This document shows, in pieces, positions 53,249 through 64,000 of a stretch of 64,000 nt of DNA. Positions within the stretch are counted from its first letter, which is position 1. The number at the start of each line of letters is the position of its first letter. Origin of the DNA: Octopus sinensis (taxonomy: Eukaryota); contig NC_043012.1 of assembly GCF_006345805.1 (NCBI RefSeq), positions 12,090,001 to 12,154,000 of the forward strand, in the 5' to 3' direction. The notes beneath the pieces are model-generated. The model searched no databases. It worked only from the letters and a program-made list of their open reading frames with translations, and had not been told where the DNA came from. The position numbers and the translations under genes were made by a program.

Positions 53249-54626
53249 TCCATTATAAGTGATAATTGTCTTTACGTTCTGAGTTCAAATTCATTCCGCT
53301 GAGGTCAACTTTGCCTTCCATCTTTTGTCATAGGTGCCCTAAGAATGATAGCAAATGGGGCTGATTTACCTAGCTCAGATACCAGGAAATCCTAAAATGG
53401 GGTTGATAAAGTAAATACCAGTGGTACACTGGGGCCGATGTAATTACATTACCATGTTCCTAGGAGCCTCTTGCCTTTCGCCACAGTTTAAAACTAATCA
53501 TAATAATTCTCTCTAAATTTAGCAGAAGAGGAAGGGGCAAGAAGTTTACATCGACCGCTGTACTAGAACTCCGAAAGAATGAAAGGCGGTTGACCTCGCT
53601 TGAATTTGAAATGAGAAAGTTATGGGCCGGAAGAAATGCCGCTAAGCATGTTGTCCGATGCTCTAGAAAATTCTTATAATCCACCATCTTTCTTGCTTAG
53701 AAAATAACAAATATCATTTTCGTTGATATCATTTCTTTATCTTATTTTCCGGTATTTCTATGGAGAATGTCAAACTGTCTTCTGTTATTGCCAACCAATA
53801 TTACTATCAACAGTTTAGAATGTCAAATATTAAATTCAAAAAAGTAAATGAATAAATAAATAAACGAAAAATATAAAAAGTAAATCAAAATAAATATGAT
53901 GACGTCAAGACAGAAATGATTTTAACTGAGTAATGATATTTGTCCCAAGATATTATCTTGTCAGCTATGATCCGTTACCTTTATTGAATTTTAAATAGAT
54001 TTTTCAGTCATTCTAATTTTTTGCTTTTTTTTTACCTCTCACTGCCTTTCTGTTTATAGATACAAAACGAGAGTGTCTGTGAGAGAAAAAGCAGAGAAAG
54101 AGAGAGAGAGAGAGAGGGAGAGAAATCTTATGTTTTTCTCTTCCTATCTGTTCTGTTTTTTATCTCCATTGTATATACATTTCCTCTTTGTGTTTCTGTC
54201 TGTCTGTACACGTTTCTTCCGTTTCTTTTTCTTTTGTCCCTGCTCCCTTTTTCGCTTTCTTTCTTTCTTTTTCCCTCCCCACCTCGCTCCCTTCTATTTC
54301 TATCTGCCAACATGGTTGAACATGGTTTGAAAAATATTAATCAACGTTTTCTTTTCTTCTTTTTTTTTGTTTTGTTATTGTCATTAACTGATTATGCATA
54401 TTCTCTTTTTGGAACTTGCAATTTAATTATTATTTTTATTATATACCATTGTGTGATGGTCTGCTGAGAAGCTTAACACCTATCACTTGCAATGTCTTCA
54501 TTTTTTTTTTCTCGCTTAAAAACAGAAAACAAAATAACAAACCCCTCAACAACTTAAAGGAAGTACAGGAAATGAGTTAACAAACCTAATTAGTAGGATA
54601 TTAAACGAAAAACTCCAAACACTCAC

Positions 54627-54667
54627 CTTTACCGATAGAATAATGTTTTAGAGAAACCAGTGTCTTA
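54627..54667 (-). CDS. Candidate second coding exon of unidentified gene
   Basis: Acceptor TACTATTTCTAG and donor AAG|GTGAGT. 41 nt, phase 2 to 1, reading (S)KTLVSLKHYSIGK in frame with the 61370 exon. Confidence 0.5.
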
Positions 54668-54697
54668 CTAGAAATAGTATATCAATTTGACGAAATT

Positions 54698-55142
54698 GAG
54701 GGTCTGGAAACCTTCGCGTTCGGGCGCAGTTGCGCCTGCGAGTCCATTTTATTGCGCCCGCAGACTGCTATATTCGTATGTACAAAATATAGTAAATTTG
54801 TCAATCATGAAATTTATACAGTATTCGTATACCTATTTGCGACATGGGTCGTGTTTCCACTACGACTGAAAACAGTTGGACTCGAATAGAAAATTGCCAT
54901 TTGAATGGAAATTTTGTTTTCACTATAAAACACATATTTCTATGTTTGTACCACCCTCTTGACACTCAGCTAGACTTTCGCTGAAAATATAGACTACCTC
55001 ATAAGTAATATAAACGTCCTAAATCCAACATAGTTATATACAAGATTTACACAGATATAAGAGTTAGAACTATTGATCTGCCCGCGGACCTTTTTCTTTG
55101 GAAATTTTTGCCCACCACGCTAAAAAATTTTCCCCACCCCTG
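54698..55142. mobile_element. Degraded hAT-like MITE
   Basis: The right end reads CAGGGGTGGGGAAA on the minus strand. The left end GAGGGTCTGGAAACC..GCGCCTGCG resembles decayed hAT termini. Confidence 0.4.
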
Positions 55143-55573
55143 GTTAAATTATACTTACGTCGAATATCGTGCTGTTAGACCTGTATATAAATATATTGTC
55201 GTTGAATATCGTATTTATAAGCTCGAGTGTGAATCATGTTGATTTTGAATATTGCATTTAACGCCATGACTTTCAATTATATTCACAGTGAATATCGCGT
55301 TATGTAAACCTGAGCTCAGATTGTGTTCACGTTGATTAAGCATTTTCATATTCCACAGACAATAAAATATATGTAACAGTAATATATTGAGGATGATCCA
55401 CTAGTAAAAAATGGCTTGTAGTAAACTGAAATAAATACTTATATATGAAAAACAGTGATGCTGGTGGAGGTGATAAAGGTTAACTTGCATAGTTTTAAAA
55501 ACATATTACATGCGTGCAGTCAGTCGTGAGTTTAACGGTTTGTTTTTGTAACCTTGTTCTTTTTGAGTTCTGT

Positions 55574-56340
55574 CCCATTTCTGTGGCGAAAAGTACTCCT
55601 CCAATACTGTTCTACTCTCGTCTACAGAATTCATATCTTTTCTGTCCGAATGATTTTGCAGACTACTGAATAAATGGTAATCAAACGGGGCAATGTCCAT
55701 TCAAACCGCACCAGGCCTAGAAATATCCTCACTGTATGTGGCCGAGTAATATCCTGTCGGAAGAAGACTTTTAGTCCTGAAACGAAAGTTGGTCGTTTTT
55801 CTTCTAGCGCTGACTTAAGCCTCTCGCAGTTGATCTCCTTTGTCATCGTTTAGTTTGGGTTTAAAAGTTCAAAATAAACTAAGCCTTTCATATTCCACCA
55901 AACAGATAACAAACACCTTACATTGGTGAAGACCTTCTTTAGCCTGGGGTACCGGTGTTTCTCCTTTCCCTACACACTGTCTTCAAAGCATGACATTTTT
56001 ATAGAGAACCCATCTCTCGTCACCAGTCACTATTCGGTCCCAAAAAGGTTCACTGGTGAAACGTAACAGTACAAAGAAGAACACACATTCATCCTCTGCA
56101 TGCGATTAGACTCGGAAAGTTTGTAAGGAATACACTGAGACAATTTGCGGACTTTTCCGATGGCACGCAGGTGTCGATGAACGGTTGAATGACCAAATCG
56201 AAGCTTCTCTGCTAATTCCTGAACAGTTATGATAGAATTTTGTTCCACCAGGTTTTGCAGGACGTCCTCGTCGAGCTCTACAGATCTTCCAGAACGAGGC
56301 TCGTCTTCTATGCTCTGTTCACTATTCTTTTTTCACCATT
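55574..56340 (-). pseudogene. Mariner transposase remnant
   Basis: EDEPRSGRS, HTH TVQELAEKLRFGHSTVHRHL, IPYKLSE (WVPH.L-like), QDITRPHT (QDNARPH-like) and DIAPFDYHLFSSLQN (SPDLAPSDYHLF-like). Frameshifts and deletions; no TIR seen. Confidence 0.85.
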
Positions 56341-57695
56341 TCGTCTGTTTACGTCTAATACTGTTTTAAACAAATTGTCAAATTTTATAAACCGTAATTA
56401 ATTTGCTAATAGGTTTTGGTTATTGTCAAGTAGTTTAGGATCATTTAATAACATGTTTAATCGCGTTTAGTCAAACTTAGTTTTAGAGTCGTTTTAAAGA
56501 TTCTAAGCCGAAGATTGCTTTGAACACCAACGCCTGAAAAAGCTACTAAGTAGATAGGTATGGCAGCGGAAACCAGAGTAAGTTGGTTGTAGTTGAGAAA
56601 AGATCACAAATCTTCTATTAGTGAGGGGTATTTCGCCCCACGCAGGAGAAGAGTACGAGCTAAGGAGTAAAACACTTGTGATTCTGAGACATTGGGTTTA
56701 ATGACCACCAGAAAAAGCGCATGTAATATGTCAAGAGTAACTCAAAGATGATGAGCTGGCAGGAACGTTAGCACGCCGGGCGAAATGCGTAGCCGTATAT
56801 CGTGTGTCGTTAGGTTCTGAGTTTAAATTCCGCCGAGGTCGACTTTGCCTTTCATCCTTTCGGGGTCGATAAATTAAGTACCAGTTACGTACTGGGCTTT
56901 GTGCCTAGAGTATAAAAGTTATAATTCCTTCATGATCGACTTTGATATTCATCCCTTTGGGGTCGATAAAATAAGTACTAGTTGAGTAGCAGAGTCGAAG
57001 CAATAGACTTACCCTCTGTCCCGAACTTGCCGTCCTGGTGCAAAAATTGAAAACCGATATATCAAGAGTAAATCCCACAGTCTCTACGTTGGGCAAAACA
57101 TCTCTAATGGTTAATTTACCTATAAATGTAGGCATACATGTAGATACATACGTACATATATACATAAATGCATTACACACACACATATACATACATACAA
57201 ATTTGGGTATATGTGTACGTGCGCATGTGTGTGTATATACACGTGTATGTAAATAGGTGCGATACGTACACAATCAATAAAATAATGTATTTTGTAGGTG
57301 TATGAGCAAGGAAAGCTAGCAATAATTGCTATATACTAATCGGAGAATATTACCTCGCGTTCCCATGTTTCCCCAGCTAACTCTCATCAGCGTAATTAAG
57401 CTGTCTTCGATGTAATCAGGCTTACCACAAACTAGTTAAGTTGTTCTCGATGTAATCAAGCTGACAGCATTGTTACTGAACTATTTTCTTTTTCTCAGTG
57501 GAACCAGAACAGTCTCAATTCGAGAAACTCACAATAACTTTCCAACCTTAATGAAACTAAAATGACACCTACGCTTAATTTCGGTTTCCTATACGTAACT
57601 GCAAGAAATTCAGGAAATCACGCACGAGCACAAGAGAGGAAGTAGAGAACGATAGAGAGGAAGAGATAGAGTGAAGCAGAGAGAAGGAAAGTGAG

Positions 57696-57737
<42 letters not shown>

Positions 57738-57942
57738 GTGGGGATGGAGATCAGTAAAAGCACATAGGAATTAGAAATATCCATATGATAGTACTAATTT
57801 CTACTTTCAATTGCTTTAAAACTATTTCACTCTTATGATAAAAGGTTTGGCTTGTTATATATAAATAAGGAAAATATATTAATATAAACAAATATAACGT
57901 ATTTACAACCTTTCCGCAATATTTTTCACACATCCAAACATA

Positions 57943-57984
<42 letters not shown>

Positions 57985-57988
<4 letters not shown>

Positions 57989-58376
57989 GGTTGTATACTG
58001 TCAATCTAACAAGAACGTGACAGTAGGGGGTACACCACCGTTATATAGCCCTAGGAGGCATCGAACGCCTCCTGACAGCCTCGACACATTTTATCCTGTG
58101 TCCTTATATACACATACGAAGGGGAGACAAACACCCCCAACCGCCGGAACTGCATCTAGGGACACCGTGTTTCAGGATCATTGTCCTTCATCGGCCTAGA
58201 GTAGCAGACACCGGTCAGCTGGCGACATCTGTCTCGACTTCGTATTTGTATATATAAGGACACAGGATAAAATGTGTCGAAGCTGTCAGGAGGCGTTCGA
58301 TGTCTCCTAGGGCTATATAACGGTGGTGTACCCCCTACTGTCACGTTCTTGTTAGATTGACAGTATACAACCATTA
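57985..58376. mobile_element. Foldback element with ~145-bp inverted arms and 102-bp spacer
   Basis: Arms 57985-58128 and 58231-58376 differ by a few substitutions and one 2-bp indel. The ORF track shows the same peptide on both strands. The left end is in (TA)n. Confidence 0.9.
58150..58207 (-). ncRNA. Type I extended hammerhead ribozyme, U4C core variant
   Basis: CUGC-UAC-UCUAGG-CCGAUGA-AGGA(CAAUGA)UCCU-GAAA-CACGGUGUC-CCUAGA-U-GCAG. Stem I is 6 bp + bulge + 4 bp, stem II 4 bp, stem III ACA/UGU, triplet GUC (cleavage between 58161 and 58160). Confidence 0.75.
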
Positions 58377-58866
58377 TATCCCTCCACCACCGTATACCTC
58401 TCTACGAGAGATTTAGAAACTCAATATTTCTTATATATATATATAAGTATATATATTATTCATTCATGCAAATATACCCACACACACCTACGTATATAGA
58501 CATGGTTCAATATGATCTAGTGAGTGTACATATATACATTTATGTGTCTATGTCTATCAATGAGAGTTTCAGTGTGCGGCTGCAAATATCTATATCTGAT
58601 ATATCTGTAAACTAATCACAATTTCATTTTGCTTCCTAACACGCCACTTGCTATATTCTATGTTACATGTTCCTTCCTCTTTTAATTACTTTTGCTAATC
58701 CCGCTATTTATTCAAACATATTCACTGATAATCAACCATACATCATACTCCAATATATAACAGTTGCAAAATCATCTATCTAGTCTTTCTCTGTACATTC
58801 ACGTTTCTGTATATGTATGTATGTATGTATCTATGTACATAAATACACTCATATGTATGTATCTCT

Positions 58867-58889
<23 letters not shown>

Positions 58890-58936
<47 letters not shown>

Positions 58937-59014
58937 GTATATATGCATATATATATACGCATATATGCATATATATTATACACGTATATATGCATATATA
59001 TATGCACGTATATA

Positions 59015-59057
<43 letters not shown>

Positions 59058-59064
59058 GTATATA

Positions 59065-59101
<37 letters not shown>

Positions 59102-59108
59102 GTATATA

Positions 59109-59151
<43 letters not shown>

Positions 59152-59465
59152 TATGCATATAGATATATATATATATATATATATAATATATATATATGTA
59201 TACGTATATATGCATATATATATATATGCATATATATATATATATGCATATATATATATGCATTATATATATATATATATGCATATATATACATATATAT
59301 ATATGCATATATATATATATATATGCATTATATATATATAATATATATATATATATATGCATATATGCATATATATATATATGCATATATGCATATATAT
59401 ATATATATATATGCATATATGCATATATATATATATATATGCATATATGCATATATATATGCATA
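58890..59465. repeat. Long compound (TA)n/(TGCA) microsatellite
   Basis: Direct reading. Other long compound microsatellites lie at 10285-10610, 12200-12720, 24830-25090, 28020-28330 and 39510-39900. Confidence 0.95.
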
Positions 59466-61369
59466 TTCATATTCATTTACAATAGTCATTTTGGTCCTCT
59501 CAGCACAACACACACAAACGACAGAGATTAAGCTGAGCAAATATTTTACCAAAGATATGAATTAAAAATGCGAGCAAACATGTCTACTTTTAACTAAAAA
59601 CAAAAAGCCACAGTAAAAACAATACATAGTGTTTAGCCCATCCACTTCGCATCACTCAGTCAATCGATAAAATCAATAACTAGGCGTAGTAGAACACCTT
59701 TTTTGATATAACACCTTGCAATCAGTGCATAGATACTTAAAGCGTTGTGATTCAATCGTCCCTACTTCTTCGCCACAATTACTGGCTTTCTGCCTGGTGA
59801 AAAGCGCTGAGTAACGCAACATGTAAGCTTTCTGTGAATATATATATATATAACTCGAGCGGGTTTCTATCAAGATAGGTGAAGTCAATTTATTTTCAGT
59901 ATTCTGATGATGACAATGGTAAAAAAAAAATAGCGTACAGCAATGCTTAATTGATTTTCGTGTATTGTATATCTAGGCCAACTCTGATCGAGGTGATTTC
60001 AGGCATGCATTAGATGCAACCACGAAGACGGGCGCACTCAACAAAACTGTTGATCTGCTTATGTCATGGGGCAGTAAGGCTTAAAGCCTTTCTTCAGTCC
60101 TGGACATGCGGCGATCAATCACGCAGGTTGTAGTGTCGGTGTTTTGACATGTAGAAGAAACAACTATGCGATTGCTGATGAATTAAAATTAGCGGTTTAA
60201 TCTTCACAATTTTCCTGTGCTTTGATTCTTTTATCTCGTGGGAAGGCAAATAGTACCCTTGTCCCTTAAAGGGCTGCTGAGAATGGCAAAAGCAATGCAT
60301 AAAATGTTTAGCTTGTTTCTCATAGAAAAATATGAGCAATAAGGGAAATCTAGTGAGCTAGTTGTGGAAAACAAAGATTGCATCGTTGTTTTCTAGAATT
60401 TGGATTGGTAGAATAACTACAGAAAAAATTGGGTGAGGGCGTGAGTTAGTGGAAGTATTCCTCTTTTAAATCTCTTAACCAGTGAGGAAGGCAGTGCCTA
60501 TGATCTATAATATAGCCTAGTGGTGGAAGGACGATATCCTCAAACGGGAAACCTGATCCGAAAGCTGTGCTCGCGACAAGACAGAGAGGAAACTAGAGAG
60601 AGACAGATCTTTCTAGAACAACACTACCATTCCATTTGATCTGATCTGATCGCACGAAGTGCAAATCTCTTTTTAGTTGTTCAGAAGGAATGTGAGTGAG
60701 TCTATGGCTGTAGTTGTGCAAATGAAGCTCAGCTCTAAATCAAAAGGTGTGGAGTGCTCTTCATCACTGACATATTATTTCACTTTCAGTGGTAGCCAAT
60801 GGCACTCACCACATATTTTGAACTCAAATTTAAACGTGCAGCGATATTGTTTAATGCTCTATTTTTAATTATTGGCAACCTCACTTCTCAGTGAATAACC
60901 CAACTCATTCTCGCCTTATATGTGTTCAATTCAGAACTGGAGCCCGTTCTGTCTAAGTTCCCGCGGATGTTGCAAATGAGTGACGTCTGTAACTGTTATT
61001 TATATTACTGAACTGGCTCAGCTTTTCTTCATTATTCTGTCTCTGTAACTATTACTTCTCTTACTGTTGATTTGATGTTGTTGGTGTTGACGTTGTCGCT
61101 GTCATTTCATTCGACATTTTCTTGACATTCTCCAACATTTTGTTGTTGGTCGTGACAATGTTGACATATTTATCTTTACTTCTTTCCGCTGCATTATTTT
61201 TGTTCTTGTAGTTGTTATTTTTCTTCATGTGTTGTTTTTGCTACTACTGTTGCTATTGCAAGGGGTATTGATGATGGTAGTGGCATTGGTTACATTGGTA
61301 ACGTTTTCCGAATCACTGCGTTGTCAAATCATAGCATTACTGACGCTCTTAGAAACAAAACATACTCAC

Positions 61370-61410
61370 CTGATATTATATCTTTGCGAAATATCTTCGT
61401 AAGAAGCCAT
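61370..61410 (-). CDS. Candidate first coding exon (exon 61370-61517, ATG at 61410)
   Basis: Acceptor ATCTGATGTTTTCAG, AAAAATGG start context, MASYEDISQRYNI, donor CAG|GTGAGT. All three frames are closed in the 5' part of the exon, as expected for UTR. Confidence 0.55.
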
Positions 61411-61764
61411 TTTTTTTCTTTCGCTTTGACAAGAAAAACATTGAAAGTAGACAGCAACATTTCTATCGCCTCATATTTCAACGTTGCCTCCTACTGTTCC
61501 TCCAGCCACTCTTCTCTCTGAAAACATCAGATTTGCTGCAATTTTTTATTAAAAAATATATAACCGCTGGTTTAAATGAAGTCACAAAACATCTGCGTCA
61601 CCTCGTAATTAGGAGAAACACTCCAAGTTTTTTCAAAATCTCTTTTCTGTGAGAATGTTTTAAACAATGATGATGGGGAAAATTCCATCATTCGCAAGAG
61701 AAATTCTTGCATTTCAAATTAAAATCTATGGAGCTTAGACCTTTAAGACCTGACGAACTCTATT

Positions 61765-61811
<47 letters not shown>

Positions 61812-61816
61812 TTTAC

Positions 61817-61867
61817 CTGTGAATTTGCGTGTGTAATCTGGGAATGCATACAATGAGCTTCTCTGCC
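61817..61867 (-). other. Candidate 5' UTR exon
   Basis: Long pyrimidine tract ending CCTAG; donor CACAG|GTAAAA; 299-nt intron to the ATG exon. Confidence 0.4.
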
Positions 61868-61921
61868 CTAGGTTTACGGAAAACACCCGGCGAGAAACGG
61901 AAGAAAATTTGAAAAAAGAAG

Positions 61922-61960
<39 letters not shown>

Positions 61961-63419
61961 TGATAATAATAACAATAATAATAATAATAGTAATCTTTTT
62001 TTACTGTAGACAGAAGGCCTGAAAATTTAGGCGAGTGTAATAGACGATTACATCAATTCCATTGCTTGACTGGTACTTGTACTATGGACACCGGAAGGAT
62101 GAAAGACAAAATCAGCCTCGGTTGAATTTTATCTCAAAACGTAAACACAGTCGAAATACCGCGAATCATTTTGTCTGTAACGAATCATTTTGTCTGGTAG
62201 CTCGCCGCCTTAGTAATGATATTTGTAATAATAATGATGCAAATGTGTGTGTATGTGTGTATATGTACAATGGACTTCCATACAATTTACGTCTACCAAA
62301 TTCATTCAAAAATTATTGAGGACATATAGTTGGAAAGGTTTTTCCAAGTCGACGTACAATGGGAAAGAACGAAACCGCGTGGTTAAATCATCATATATAT
62401 ATCTTCGCTTTAAAAATATGTGACAGGGGCGTGGAAATGCAAATGGGTCACGCTGTTGGACTTGTTTTATGGTTTGTCGTGCAATCACGTACTATATTTT
62501 AGATTATCTACCGATGCCAAACTATGGAGGCAGACATGAACGCTCTTTGGTTAGCCTTCACGGAGAAACAAAACTTCTAGGAAAATCGTTTCCTGCATTT
62601 TTTCCATCGATTATGTTTTCACAGTGGGAAACGAACAGGCGTCTAACAAGCTGGGAGTTCACGCACATAAACACACACAAACACACACTCATACATCCGA
62701 ATGTGCACCTGATTAAACGTGTATGCATTTGTGCGTGCTTATACGTGTGCATGTCTGTGATCATATGTATCAATATACATATATAAATAATTGAATAAGT
62801 TAGAGTCAACTAGAAGGCGTACAGTCGAATATTTATTTGTAATCACTACAACTGTTTCGATGCAGCACAATTCTACAGGCTTGCGGTTATTTGGTTATGT
62901 AACCTTTCCCTGAATTATGCGGTCTAGTTGTGTTTCTTCGAGTGATATGTAAATATTGTCGCTGTGAACTCAAATTCTCGATTCTAAGTACATCATTTCT
63001 ATCTGATATGGCCGACGCGTTAATAGTAGCCACTGAAGTATCAAGAAATGTGTTGTGGATAAAAGTTTATTGATAAGCTGTTTTCAATGTATGTATGGAG
63101 TGGGGCTGGTTTTTTGTACTGTTGATATATTCTTCGTGGTTTGTTACACTTGTGATTGCCCTTTATGACCAAATACCTTCAAGCCTGGAGAACTAGGTTG
63201 CGTGGAAACGTTTGCAGGTATTACAAATAAACTTCTAACTGTACACCTTCTTGACTCCAACTAAACTAATTCATTTATCTATTCGCATACCACAGAAGCC
63301 ACAGCACATATCTAGCAGCACGTATTATACTACTACTGGATAGAAACCGGGTGAAAACTGAACATGGATGAGCTTTATACTGTACATGACTACGTTCTTA
63401 ACAGAGTATAACATAAAAA

Positions 63420-63710
<291 letters not shown>

Positions 63711-64000
63711 TCTCTCTCTCTATATATATATGTATATATATATATATATGCATACATACATATATTTATATATCTGTGTGTGTGTGTGTGTTACATATAT
63801 ATGTATATATACATATATACATAGATACATGCACATACACACACACATGTATATATGTGTGTGTAAAATATATGTATATTTATATATACATGTGGTGAAT
63901 GTGTGTATGTGTGAGAGAGAGAGAACGAGAGAGAGAGAGAGTGTGTGTCACTCTAACTTCTTCATTTCCTCTTTTTCTTTCTTTGTCGTTATACATAGAA

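Overview
This is AT-rich, microsatellite-saturated animal genomic DNA. The SINE and LINE families resemble those I recall from Octopus; that assignment is an inference and was not searched. Nearly all ORFs in the supplied track are microsatellite translations. Recognisable coding remnants are all decayed transposons: a Tc1 transposase with DD36E spacing, a mariner, a Tx1/L1-like RT, an RTE RT, R4/Dong-like pieces and a Penelope-like (Naiad-type) GIY-YIG endonuclease. More than 30 tRNA-headed SINE copies from several families are present. A chain of short, phase-compatible minus-strand exons (61.9 to 29.4 kb) suggests an unrecognised host gene, at moderate to low confidence. The most striking signal is a set of type I hammerhead-ribozyme folds in four different repeat families, each with a different catalytic core: canonical CUGAUGA at the Penelope 3' end (35.6 kb), a U3-A8 compensatory core (23.1 kb), an A6U core in a 4-copy family, and a U4C extended hammerhead inside a ~145-bp-arm foldback element (58.0-58.4 kb). 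Other oddities are a textbook recursive-splice (AG/GTAAGT) motif, a 76-bp templated insertion, several large palindromes and a 16-bp minisatellite. All folds, alignments and translations were done by eye; no searches were run.
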